Under the pieces are notes generated by a model that searched no databases, was not told the DNA's origin, and saw only the letters and a list, made by a program, of their open reading frames with translations. Positions 26,970 to 43,315 of a stretch of DNA of 64,000 bases are shown here, in pieces (the stretch's first letter is position 1; each line of letters opens with the position of its first letter). The stretch is from the human T2T-CHM13v2.0 reference genome, Homo sapiens. The position numbers and the translations under genes are program-made. The stretch lies in the NCBI RefSeq assembly GCF_009914755.1, contig NC_060948.1. One strand, given 5' to 3'.

Positions 26970-27571
26970 CTTAAGAAAATTAAAAGTTCCTACTTAGACA
27001 CATGCTTATAGCAGTGTTTAAATGACACATTATAATATATTTATGAATATGAGATTAAGAAACATCCTTCAAAAAAATAAGATTACAAAGCAAAATTGAA
27101 GCTCTTTCTTACACTGTTAGATACATTACAAAAACATAGTGAGGTCAAAATAATAAAATATCTTTCTTGATCATGTAATTAACCTCTAAGTATTTTACGT
27201 CAAATGTCATTCAATTACATTTTTTTGAAAGTAGTGTTTAAAATTTAAATAAACTGAATTTTCACTGTCTTTACAATCATGATTAAAATGCACTTAAAAT
27301 ACTCTCAAACAGACATTTTGGGCAGCTATTTATATCTGTTTCTACTACAGTATATATCAATAATTATGTCTACTCTGAGAACACTGATATGTTTTCAAAT
27401 GGATTTCCTTCAAAGAAAACATTTAGCATTGGCATCTTCTATTAGGAGAAACCATTAAGTTGTTTGAGCAGGATGAATTCCTGTTATAAGAATTATACAA
27501 CTGGTAATTACACAATAAGTAGAATATGGAGTGATTATGAAATTAGAGAAAGATATATCAAAGATGAATTC

Positions 27572-27880
27572 CAGACAAGGCACAATGACTCACAGTTGTA
27601 ATTACAGCACTTGGGCATGCTAAGCGGGCAGATGACATGAGCTCAGAATTCAAAACAACACTGCCCACCATAAGAAACCCAGTATCTATAAAAAAAAAAA
27701 AAAAAAAAATAGCAGAATGTGGTGGTGTGTGCCTGTACTCCCAGCCGCTTGAAAGGCTGCAGTAGTATAATTGCCTGAACCCAGCAGACAGTTATTGCAG
27801 TAAGCTGAGATTATACCGCTGCCCTTCAGACTTGGTGACAGAGTGAGACACTACTACTAAAAAATAAATAGGTAAATAAA
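27572..27880 (+). mobile_element. Diverged Alu
   Basis: Two-arm structure with A-rich linker; ggtgacagagtgagac near the end. Confidence 0.8.
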
Positions 27881-27967
27881 TACACTTATAAAACCGATAA
27901 GTAAAGTTTGGTTGCTTATGAGGAAACTCAACATGCTTAAAATTTTCATTCAAATACTGTACTAAGC

Positions 27968-28250
27968 CCAGGCATTGTGGCTCACATTTGTAATCCCTGC
28001 ACTTTTGGAGGCTGAGGCAAATGGATCACTTGAGATCAGGAGTTCAAGACAAACCTGGCCAACATGGTGAAACCCCACCTCTACTAGAAATACAAAAATT
28101 AGCTGGGTACTTGGGTGAGCACCTGTAATTACAGCTACTTGAGCGGCTGAGGTGGGAGAATTGCTTGAACCCAGGAGGCAAAGTTTGCACCCCGAGATCA
28201 TGCCACTACACTCCAGCCTGAGCAACAGAGTGATACTCCATCTCAAAGAA
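27968..28250 (+). mobile_element. Alu (S-like)
   Basis: caggcattgtggctcac...ggatcacttgagatcaggagttcaagac...ctccatctcaaa. Confidence 0.9.
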
Positions 28251-29163
28251 AATAATTACAATACCAAGCTTCTTGTGTCCTTAAAATTTGGAATATGAAA
28301 TCTTTAGATAACTATGACAACATAAAGAAAATAAAGACATACACACACCACCAAGAGTGAAATTTAATGTAAACGATAGACTGGGAATAATGACATGTCA
28401 AGGTAGGTTTATCAATTGCAGAAAATGTACCACCTTGATGAAAGATGTTGACAGTGGGAAAGACTGTGCATGTGTAGGAGCACTGGGTGTATAGGAACTC
28501 TTTGTACTTCTCCATCTACCTGGCTGTGAACTAAAAACTGCTCTAAAAAACAAAGTCTACAAACACCACCCCGCCAACAACACACACACATATTCACAGG
28601 GAAACTTTGCTGCATCTACCTTTAAAGTAATAAACTGGGATGACTGTTCAACAATAATGGTGGAGAAATATAGTTCAAATAATTAGAAATGTACTAAGAA
28701 ATAAAATGAGAGTGTCTTTATTATTAGGAAACTTTACAGATTTTTAAGAATTACATCACTTAAGTTACTTGATTCACCTCTCCACAGTCTGGTTCCTCAT
28801 CTGTAACACGCTAAACATCTGTCATGTGTTTATCGCAGTGCCAAGCTCAGAGCAAACATTCAGCAGATTGGCAAAGTCTTATTAAATAACATGGAAAATA
28901 GATAAATCAGTTTTAGCTCTTAAAGCTGTAGAGATTGTAGATCACAATTTTACAAAAGACTAAATGGGATACCAAGAAATTAATTCCAAATTTAGTACCC
29001 ACTTGTTATATAGCAAATGTATTATGTGCAGGTACGATGTAAATTCAAAGAGGAATGAGAAACAGAACTAGTTTAAAAGCAGTTAGCTATAATGCAGCAT
29101 GTTAGAGTCTGCCAAGAAAAAACTGTTAATAAAAAGTTCAAAACAGAAAAGGAAATTCATTAC

Positions 29164-29364
29164 ATTTTCTTTTGCTAAACCAATTTCTGGAAAGAAAACA
29201 GAAAGTGAAGACTCATAGCCACATCTTTGTTAGTGATCGGCCACTGAAGAGTTAGAGGCTGCTAGTAAGAGGGAGTTCCCTTGCACTGAAATGAACGGAG
29301 ATTGCAATGTTCCATTCAATTCAGGGTGCATCTACTCATAGATTAGCTGGTTTTGAATTTGTGT
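29164..29364 (-). pseudogene. OFD1: OFD1 exon 3 relic (LisH-motif region), two stops
   Basis: TQIQNQLIYE*MHPELNG...[31 protein letters not shown] vs TQLRNQLIHELMHPVLSG...[32 protein letters not shown]; 201 nt. Confidence 0.95.
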
Positions 29365-29404
29365 CTTGCCATGGAGGAAGGAAGAAAGAAAGGAAAAAAA
29401 TAAA

Positions 29405-29532
29405 AACAGAATGGAGGAAGAAATAAAGGGAGGGAGGGAGAAAGGGAGGAAAGGAGAAAGGAAGAAAGGAAGGAAGAAAGAAAAGAAGGAAGGAAAGAAA
29501 GAAGGAAGGAAAGAAGGAAGGAAGGAGGGAAG
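29405..29532. repeat. GGAA/GAAA purine-rich low-complexity repeat
   Basis: Read directly. Confidence 0.85.
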
Positions 29533-30584
29533 TCAGACAAGTTAAAAAAAAAAAACTTCAGTGGGATTTTCTCAGTAGAGATATACACAGATGTGTTATA
29601 TTCATTGGAAAACTTCCTTTTATTTCCATAATGTTGCTAGATCCATGGCCAGAAGTTAGGAACCTTCCCCTGCAGAAGTCTTATGCCCTGAGACAAGAAG
29701 GCCAGTGTGTTGTAGAAAAATGTTTATTTCCTCAGCTTCCAAGTGAAACTGATGATTAGCCAGACCCATTTGCAGACTCTTCACTTCACTCCCTAGAAGC
29801 CCATTTCAGTAGCTTACGCTTGGGCTATGAAGTATAAGAAAAAATTCTGCCATTTCTTCGCACCTCTGTGGACTGTTGGAAAATATAACCAAAATATTCA
29901 GCAAGGGACTGCTCGTGTGTTACAAAAATTTCCAAAGATAAATCTGTTACCACTAAAGATGAGGATTTCAAGAAACTTTTAAGGAAACAGAGAAATGCTC
30001 ACACCATATAATTTAAATTTAAAAAGGACATATATACAAGATATATCTAAATATTTTGAATGTAAAATATGCTTTTGAAATACATATTGCAATGAAAACA
30101 CGTTGAGTTAATGTTATTCCTAGCTGTTAATCCAAACATAAAGCATACCTACAGATATTTGCTGCTCAAATTAAATAGTCAGGCATATCAATATAGTTTA
30201 AAGATGAAGCTGTTCATTCCCAGACTATTAAAACAGCACATTAGTGTTTTCTATATGGTGTTAATGTTCCTCATCCTAATTTATTACAAACCCACTTGTC
30301 AGTTTAGCAACCTGTAAGCCAGATTTATAAAACAGGCCTAATCTTACTAAAACATGTTCATTATATAAATGCTTTCTGCTCCTATCTTATTGTGGGTTCA
30401 ATTAATTATTTGAACAGTCTCCTTAAAGTCGATTCAAATGCAACATTTTCTCAATGGATTCAAAGAGACTGTAATATTTCAGGGTAGAGTTTTGAAACCC
30501 AAACATTGGATGAATTTAAATGTGAACTACTTGTTACAGGTTACACTTTTAAAAGTTATGGAACAGATAAACCTAAATCCGATA

Positions 30585-30683
30585 CTTGAGTGTGCCCAGT
30601 ACACCCCGATCCTTCAACGTTTGGTGTAGCTTTTCTCGCAGCTCATCTTGACTCAACACGTCAGACATGAGGAGCAAGTTGGA
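30585..30683 (-). pseudogene. OFD1: OFD1 exon 2 relic
   Basis: [33 protein letters not shown] vs [33 protein letters not shown]. Confidence 0.93.
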
Positions 30684-30826
30684 CTAGAAGACAAAATGAT
30701 TACAGGTTATCTGGGGGATAGAGGAAAGGTGAAGGAAGGAAAAAAGATCACTGGTCTCTGGGGACACCCTGAGTGGCCTAGCAGGGAAAGAGGTATTATG
30801 GAACATCAACAAGACTTCATTTCTAC

Positions 30827-31439
30827 CTGTCCCCGACGAGGGGCAGTTGTGTATTCCTGAGTCAGTAGGCGCCAGCTTCCTCCCATCATCAGCTTCCTCC
30901 CAGGCCGCCTCCTTCGCCCCGCCATGGCCAGAGTTGAGTGCACAGGACAGGATGCAGGTCCAAGATGAGGGGGAATCTCCGTCCTCAAAAACCTGCCTGT
31001 GTCCCAGGTGAGGAACAAGCGTGCTGAACACTCTCACTCTCACAATCCCAAGTAGGTTTTCTATCAAACATGCAAGCCTCCTCTCTTCGCCGTTCTGAGG
31101 CATGGACGAGGACCGTGACCTAGGCACAACTCAAAGGTGGCTGGAGGGCTGGGACTCAAACACTAGGGATGAAAAGTAATGAGGCAGGACCGCGAGATTA
31201 CAGCCCTCATATCCCATCCTGCCCCTCCTGGAGACCTACAAAGTACAGTCTTCCTGTTCTGAAGATACATGGCATGCACTTGGTTGCCTAGCACCCAACA
31301 GAAGCTCCGCCCACATCTCGCCAGAGCATATCCAGGGTATCCAAATAACTGCCCCCCGCAAACTGGGCTGAAGCCGCAGGAGTGCAGGTTTCCTCAGCGG
31401 GACTGAGAATGCCTTTCCCTCCTTGACCTCTGGCTGCAG
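30827..31439. promoter_or_regulatory. Eroded bidirectional OFD1/TRAPPC2 promoter and first exons
   Basis: Locally GC-rich with residual CpGs; minus-strand donor CAG|GTAGAA at 30827/30826 and plus-strand donor CTGCAG|GTAGGG at 31439/31440; fits the head-to-head arrangement of the two genes on Xp22. Confidence 0.65.
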
Positions 31440-31667
31440 GTAGGGGGATGGAGTGAGTCGAAACAGGCATTTTGAGACCCTGTGGGACATTGCTGGCCCT
31501 ACATGACAGCACAGGCTGGTGCTGTACCTCCACTCCTCCCTAGGGTAGCCAGATCAGATCTGCCACGCCCCAACAGGCTCATCCATGCACTGAGCACACT
31601 TCCACCTGCGAGTGTCTGCTCTCTTGGGGGCTTTGCTTTCACAGTTAACAGGGTCATTCAGCTGACT

Positions 31668-31878
31668 CAGGGTTTCATAATAGAGCCACTTTTGCCTTTT
31701 GGAGCCAGCAGATTCTTTGTTTTGGGAGGCTGTCCTGTGCATTGTAGATTTAGCTGTATCCTCGGTCTCTATGTTGTCCATAGCACCTTCTCCCCCAAGC
31801 GAGACAACCATAAATGTCTCCAGACATTGCCAGATGTCCTCTTGGAAGCAAGATGGCTCAGGGTTGAGATCCACAGAG
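31668..31878 (+). mobile_element. MER20 DNA transposon relic
   Basis: ttctttgttttgggaggctgtcctgtgcattgtag...gacaaccataaatgtctccagacattgccagatgtcc...ggttgagatccac. Confidence 0.8.
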
Positions 31879-32644
31879 TGAAATGTTTTTTTAATAGCCA
31901 CCGTTGTGTGTTGTGAGGAAAGGTGAGACTGACCTCATAATGCTTACATGTAACTAAAAAGAAAATGAGCCAAACCTCTCAGAAGCAATAATGAAAAAGT
32001 TACGGCCAGAGAATTGAACAAGAGCTAAGGTAATATTATAAACTGAGTAAAGAGTTTAAAGGAGAGGTGGTTGAAGATGGAAGTGATCCAGATCATCTCT
32101 GAGAAAAAGTGTAAACTCCTCAGGGCTTTGATGCATAGGATTTAGGTGGGGGGGCTAAAAGAAGAGCACTGCAGGGAGGGGAAAAGTGAGCAAAGGAATA
32201 AAAACAAACAAACAAACAAACAAAAATCCAGGACCTTCTTGGGAGCAGTGAGGAATCTACCCGAGTCCAGAGTTGTAGGTTGGGAAAATAAGCCTGATAA
32301 AGTATCCAAGTCCTGTGAGGACAAAATTTGATCAGTGTCAGCTTTGTACACAGCATTGAGGAAGTGCACAATGAGTTTTGATCACTGGCTGTGAAAAACG
32401 AACACTTCAAGAGGCAATATGAGTGACAGGACTTCTTAGGATGTGGAGAACGTGTAGGTTTTTGTGGGAAATAATCGAGGAGGGGGAGAACTTAGTTGGA
32501 TTTTTAAAAATAGGTAGCGGTTGCAGGCAGAATCAGGGAGAACATTCTAGGCATGAGGACAGAAATAATAGTAGTTCTGAAGTGGATACAGTCAACGTGG
32601 ATTTGGGGGGATAAAAAGTAAATGACAAAACTCTAGCAGAGGTG

Positions 32645-36172
<3,528 letters not shown>

Positions 36173-36199
36173 AAAACTCTAGCAGAGGTGGAACAATAG

Positions 36200-36660
36200 C
36201 CATCGTAATAAATTATTTTAAATTTAGTGGCTTAATACAAGTGTATCATCTTACACTTCTGTAATATAGGAGTCCAATACAGGTCTTGTTTGGCTAAGAT
36301 CGAAGTGTGCGCAGAACTGTGCTCCTCTTGGAGGCTCTAGAGGATAATTTGCTTCCTTGTACTTTCTAGCTTCTAGGGGCCTCCTGCATTCCTTAGCTAT
36401 AGCCCCTTCTTCCATTTTCTAAGCCATCTACATCACATTGCTTTTCCATTCTTCTGTCACTTCCCCCTGACTTTCCTCTTTTGCTTCCATCGTCTACATT
36501 TAAGGCCATTGTAATGGCATTGATCAAGCTGGATGATCCTGGGCAATCTTCCTATCTTAAGGTCAGCTGCTGAACAACCGTAATTTCTTTTTGCCATGAG
36601 CCCTCACATACTCACAAGTTTTAGAGATTTGGATGAGGGCATCTTAGATGACGTCATATT
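36200..36660. mobile_element. MLT1 (MaLR) LTR relic
   Basis: aaatttagtggcttaa...ggaggctctagagga...tctagcttctaggggc...ctcacaagttttagagatt. Confidence 0.7.
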
Positions 36661-36980
36661 CTGTTTTGTCCCCTCAGCTAGACATTTGGAAACTATCCTA
36701 GATTCTCCTCTTGTCCTCAGTTTCCCAATTTAATCTATTGTCTGAGTCTATGTAGCTACCTCCTCAGGGCCTCTAGGACAAGTTTTCCTTGGAGATTCTT
36801 CAAAGGTCCCTATTTAAAGCAATGGAATAATCAAGCAGACCATTCATGCCAATTCAGGTATGTCAGTCATGCCAGTTGCTTTATTTGCATTATATATTGG
36901 AATAGTAAATAATACTTGTTTTGTTGGTGAAGGGAAGGTGGAGGATGTCACAGAAATTTTGTATAAAAAAGTTGAAATTA

Positions 36981-37275
36981 GGCTGGGCATGGTGGCTCAT
37001 GACTAATCTCAGCACTTTGGGGACTCTAATCTCAGCACTTTACAATCTCCTGACTCTAATCTCAGCAGTGCTGAGGTCTGCTGATCACTTGAGGCCAGGA
37101 GTTCAAGACCAGCTTGGGCAATATGGCAAAACCCTATCTCTACTAAAATTACAAAATTTACCCTGGCATAATGGTGCATACCCTTAATGCCAGCTGCTCG
37201 GGAGGCTGAGGCAGGAAAATCTTCTGAACCTGGGAGGTGGAGTTTGCAGTGAGCCAAGATCATGCCACTGGCTTG
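36981..37275 (+). mobile_element. Alu with internal triplication, 3' truncated
   Basis: ggctgggcatggtggctcatg...tttgcagtgagccaagatcatgccactg; ctaatctcagca occurs three times. Confidence 0.88.
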
Positions 37276-38779
37276 GAATCTTTGATCTAGACCTGTGCTG
37301 TCTATTACATAGCCACCACCCACATGAGGCTATTCTTGTTTAATTAAAAATCAATTCTATAATTACAGTAGCCATATTTCTAATACTCACTGGCTTTCAT
37401 ATTGGACAGCAGAGAGGTAAAACATTTGCATCCGTGGAGAAAGTTCCACAGATTGGACAGTGCAGAATAGTAATGTGTGTCTCACCTTTGCCCAATACCC
37501 TCAAGTGTTTGCTAAGTGATTGCAGCTCTTACCTTCCCTTCCTGGGGCAATGGGGCCATTTTCTCCCAGGGTTTCCAATTCTTCCACTTCACCTGTCAGG
37601 TTTTCTTTGCCAAAATTGAATGAAAAATTACAGCCTTCTTGCATCTTCAGCTGTTTACAAAAGGAAAACAAAATTAGCAACTCACAATAAGCATGGAATG
37701 TATATAAAGTAAACTCTGTCTTGTCTTCTGCCCACCTGTGTAGTTGGTAACAGCACCCTCATGCAGTTTTTCTTTGCGTTCTCTTCTGTCCGTGCTCCTG
37801 CTGAGTTAGCACCATGCTGCTCTAACATTTGTGGCTTTTCATATGGGGATTGGATGCATGTTATCTCCCTTACACACACACTGACACACCCACACGCAGA
37901 CCACACACACCAAATCACACACACACATTTCCCGCCCCCGCCTTTTTTTGGTGCTGCTGCTGCTTCAATGTTTGTACTAAAGAAAGTAACAACCGCTTCT
38001 TTTGGCTCTAAAATTTAGCCCAGCAATAATTCATGATACCATTGTTTACTTTGTTGAATTTTCTACTGCCCATCCTTTCTCACATCACATTCTCTGGAGA
38101 ATCATTGCCAGTTTTCATGGCTTTTGTATCATTCCTGCTTGTCTTTGTTACCCAATTTTCCTATCTCATCTGTTTTTCACCTCTTTTCTAAAGCAGGAGT
38201 AAAGGTTGTCTTTGGAAGACCAGATAGTGAATATTGTTGGCTCTGTGGGATACCCTGGTTGCAGATACTTAACTCTGCCACTGAAGGGTGAGAGCAGCTT
38301 AGACGGTAGTGAGAAAGTGGACAAGGCTATAATCCCCCACATCTCAGTGTGCATTTGGCCTTTCCATGTTATTCTATATAATATTAATTAAGCACGTCCT
38401 GTGCGTCAGACATTGTGCTGGGTACTTTACCATGAAGTGATACAAAATTACCATATAAAGGAGACGACCAACAGTAGATTAAGTTTCCCTCTGGTCACAT
38501 TGCAAGTATGTAGCAGAGTTAGATGGAACCTAGCTTCGTTTGATTTCAAATCCCTTGTGTTAAAAACACACACAGTGGGGTTACCATTGCATATATCCAT
38601 CTATGCTCCCACCCATCAGTCATTCATCTGTATTTTAATTATCTGTGCCAGAAGCCATGTCATTGCTCATGTTTTTTCCCCAGTTTCTCATAGGTTCATT
38701 TCTTTTGTGAATCTGTTGAAGTTTTTTGTTGTTTTTTGTTGTTGTTGTTGTTTTGTTTTGTTTTGTTCTGTTTTGTTTT

Positions 38780-39035
38780 CGAGTCAGGATATTTCAGCTT
38801 ACTGCTGTGTCAGGTAATTCTCTCCTGTCAGCCTCCAAAGTAGCTGAAACTACAGGCACACACCACCACGCCCAGAAAGTTTTAGTGTTTCCGTAGAGAT
38901 GTATTTTTTGTAGAGAAGTATTTCTTCTTCCATGCTGTTTGCCTTGGCTGGTCTCAAACTCCCGGGCTGAAGCAGGCTGCCTGCCTCAGCCCTCTAAAGT
39001 GCTGGCATTGCAGGCATAAGCCATTACACCTGCCC
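38780..39035 (-). mobile_element. Diverged partial Alu with a (TTG/TTTTG)n tail
   Basis: cagcctccaaagtagctg...ggctggtctcaaactcc...aagtgctgg. Confidence 0.8.
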
Positions 39036-39740
39036 CAATCTGTTAAACTTCGTTGTAAGATCTCTCAGTAACTCAAAATGTCTTCCTTTATGGAATATTT
39101 CTTTCATGTCTTATAGCATACAAAACTTCCTTTCTTATAAATTGTTGTGTCAAGAGGCATATCGTAGTCTCTTTTATTTGCAAGGACGTATATTTATAGC
39201 ACACATACTTCAGGTAGAAAGAAGAAAAATAGAGCACAAAGTGCTGCATTGCTTCTCTTTTCTAAGTGACATGAGGGAGACTTGGTTTTAGCTTCCCCCA
39301 ATGGATATCTTATGTACATTTCTAAGGCAAGCTAATTAATTCCTTGGTCTTCTCACCACTGTCTATGGTTCTTAACTTACTGTCTACCTCTGTTAAATCT
39401 TCTAAGTGTCAGTGCTGGCGCTAACTGCTCCAGACCAAGTGAAGCCTAGATTACTCCACCAGACACTCAGGGTCCTTTGAGCTGAATGTGCCATACTTGC
39501 AGATCATGAGAATGTTATCTGTGATTTTATGTTAGAGGTCTTCTAGTTTCTAACAGAAATACATAGTATTCTACAAGAAATATCACAGTTTTATCATTTG
39601 TTTATTCCGGAAGTCATGCATCTTCACTAGTACACGGGAAATGGTGACAAGCTTACTGGCATCTTCCAAGTTTAAGTTAGAAAGCAAAACAAAACAAGAA
39701 TTTTACACTTCCCTTAGTCATCTTTGAATTTCAATATTGA

Positions 39741-39902
<162 letters not shown>

Positions 39903-41194
39903 TAAATTTCATAAGAATTTTTATTATATTGTAACAATACAGTGTAGTGTGATTTTAGAAGTGGAGGATCAGGACAGAAGAGGTTAATGAAATCCAACAC
40001 AATTAAATGAGGCTTCCTCTGGAGTCCCAGAGACTGATAGAAGCCAGCCAAGGAATATCCTGGGAGTTGTTCTTTTATACTTTAATTCAGCACAGACTAG
40101 CATGACTTCTGACTTGCCTATGATATTCAGTTCACTATGTCATCTACCATGAATTGCTGCTACTTGAGCACTTAAAAGCCTAGTTCACCTGTAGCAAGTT
40201 GCAGCCTTGAAATGTCATCTATGAGTTTTCAGGCAGTTTTCATGAATCACATTTTTCATCAAGACCTACTGGGTTTCATCCATTAAAATTCAGACAGTTT
40301 CCGTGAATCATGTTTTTGATGAGGACCTACAGGATTTAAAAAGACCCCAGTGACCCCTAGTGGCACTTCCTGGCTGGTCATACATGCATGCTTTCCTCCC
40401 CAGTGACCACTTAGCCATGCACAGGAAGCTCAAAAGCAACACCAGAGATGATGACACCTGACTTTCTTGTCAAGAATATTTCCAGAAACCAGGCTTGGCT
40501 TGAGAACATGTTGTCATTCAGAGTAAATAGCCCTATAGATTTTTGTCATGAAAAGAGCCCCGTCCTTTCCAATTTATGTTCCTAATACATTCCTGGCACA
40601 TTTGCACTATTTCTCTCAAGTACCCAAGTCAGCTTTACTGACTTTTGAGGAATTCATATTGTAAGTTGCTTGCAATGTATAATGTTTAATGTGTGATACT
40701 TTTCAACTATTCAGGACTTCTCACCAAAATATGATAGACAGGATTATGTGCCAGGTGTTGTTGTGACATTATTTTCTCATATTATGGGAAAAATACTAAT
40801 TAAAAATTGTTTTGAGTACTTGTAGCAGTATTGCTTTCTGGGATGCAGCTACATGAATATAGTTTCTGTGCACTCCACTGGCCTGGTGGTGGACAAAAGA
40901 GAACACATAAAAATAATTTGTTGCATGCATTGATTATAATTCTTTCTCCTGCTACCATTCCCTTGTTAAGGCATTTTCACAATTTGCTCCTAATCTTTCA
41001 GGATTGATCATCATTGTAAAAGAAACTACTGCTTGATTGAGACACAAAAGCATCCATTTATCTAAAGATTCACTTAGGTTTGTCGTGACAACATGAGTGA
41101 AGTAAAGCATGCTTTAGATGTCGGAGACATTTTGGGACAATGGGTCACCCTCCTCCAGCCCAGGATTGGGAACAGCTTCCTCAACAAGGAGGCT

Positions 41195-41625
41195 GTCTCT
41201 GTTTCCTGTGGCTGTTGTAATAAAGTACCAAAAATTTAGTGGCTTTGGACAGCAGAAATTTATTGCCTCATTTCTGAGAGCCACTGTCTAAAATCAAGGT
41301 GTCAGTGGTGCCATGCTTCTTATGCAGGTCTTAAGGTAAGAATCTTTTTGGTTAACCTCCCAGCTTCTGGAAGTTCCCTGGCTTGCAGCAGTGTAACTCC
41401 AGCGTCCCTGTGTCATTTCTCTCCCTGCATGTATCTCCAAAAGATCCTTTTTTCTAAATACATGAGTGGTTTTATTAGGGGCCCACCCTATTATAAAATG
41501 ACCTCATGTGAAATAACCATGTCTACATGTAACCTCTCCTTCCAAATGAAGACACATTCTGTGGTACTGTTCACTTGGGACATCAACAAAGGAATTTTGG
41601 AGAGAATACGCTTCAACCCATAACT
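41195..41625. mobile_element. MLT1 (MaLR) LTR relic
   Basis: gtttcctgtggctgttgtaataaagtaccaaaaatttagtggct...attaggggcccaccc...ttcaacccataac. Confidence 0.75.
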
Positions 41626-41836
41626 GAGGTGTCATTTTAAATCTGTATTTTAAAAGAAAGAATTACATATAATGAGAAAACAGATCTCTTGTATGTCTCT
41701 TGACAATAGCAAACAAAGCAAAGTCAAGCTTTTCTTTTTCTGCACAAGAAAACCGTCTATAGAATTTACAGAATGAAATGTTGGCATTCTTCATTCCATG
41801 TGGGTAAGTTAATCTGTTGTTGCGCACACAGTCACT

Positions 41837-41981
41837 TATGACTATCGTCATCTGCACCAGCTCATAGCTCATGCTGCTCTGGACCTCACAGAAGAGAACA
41901 TGTGGCTTTTGAACAACATGTTCTTGAAAAGTGGGGGCAACTCCAGCAAGTGGTTTGTGTCAGCATTCATTACTGCAGGAC
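41837..41981 (+). pseudogene. TRAPPC2: TRAPPC2 second coding exon
   Basis: [48 protein letters not shown] vs [48 protein letters not shown]; 145 nt. Confidence 0.95.
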
Positions 41982-42422
41982 ATAACTTTACCTTTTTAGT
42001 AAAGATAATTAACTAAAGTTCAGGTTCACGAACTAGAAGAAGATGGAATACAGATGTCAGGCTCTGAGATTGTATGCTTCACAATTTGTATGAATGTAAA
42101 AGTTTCCATTCATGGGACTACTTTTGTTTTGTTAGGGGAGAAAATATTTTGTTGAACAGCTAATTTTAAAACTAAGTCTCACACCCACCAAAAAGTTTAT
42201 CTGAAAAATATCAAGGGTGATGCTACTTTATCTTGTAGTTATTTTTTCACTTAGAATGCTTATGTTCTCTTTCTGGTAAAAGTAAGCTAATTTTAAACCC
42301 AATTAATGCATTCAAATCTTCCATCCCAAATACATGGCCGGTGACTAATTTGAGGAATATTGTGTCAATGAACTTGTTGCTTTTTTTTATTTCTAAGAAA
42401 AATGTTGCCTTAATTATGTCAC

Positions 42423-42508
42423 ATATGAGACTTATTATGCTTCATGGCATAAGGCAAGAAGATGGAATAAATCACTTCTTTACTGATGTTTATGGTTTAC
42501 ATATAAAA
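42423..42508 (+). pseudogene. TRAPPC2: TRAPPC2 third coding exon
   Basis: (H)[28 protein letters not shown] vs [29 protein letters not shown]; preceded by AC, followed by GTAAGG. Confidence 0.95.
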
Positions 42509-43044
42509 GTAAGGCATGTTCTATAATTTTAAAAATCTGACGATAGAAAAAAAGATTTGATCTTTGTCAGGAAAGTGGCCTTTTGAAGTAACTCCCTTAG
42601 GCTGCACAGCTTACCTTTCAGACCACGTTTTCTCATCAGAACTATCTCTGTCAACTCCCTTAGCAAGTAAGTCTTCACAGCCAGTTGAATAGGTATTTAA
42701 GAAAACAACTTACAATAGTTATTTGTAGAATATTGTGAAGGCAAATTGTTTTATGTTTTCCCTCTAAGTGTTCATACACTTATGTTTTTCCCTCTAAGTG
42801 TCCCTCTAAGTTGATTTTATTAGGGAACCCTAAAGAGGGCAAGGAAGCAGCCTATATAAGAGAAAAGTAAATAAAAATGTAATCTGAAATGTTTCCATCT
42901 ACTTTCAAATAAGTTGCTGTGCTACTAATAGAGATCATGACCTGGCAGGAACTAAGTTTTCTGTGATCAAATAGTCATTCAAGAAGAATGTTGCCACTTG
43001 TTTATTTGGTTTGTTTTTTTATTTGTGATTTTATTGTTGTTGTT

Positions 43045-43315
<271 letters not shown>

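Larger units (their letters stand above)
15161..30900 (-). pseudogene. OFD1: Unprocessed OFD1 pseudogene, exons 1-5 and 7-13, 3' truncated
   Basis: Eleven coding-exon relics in the correct order on the minus strand (listed separately), with stops, frameshifts and broken splice sites. Confidence 0.96.
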
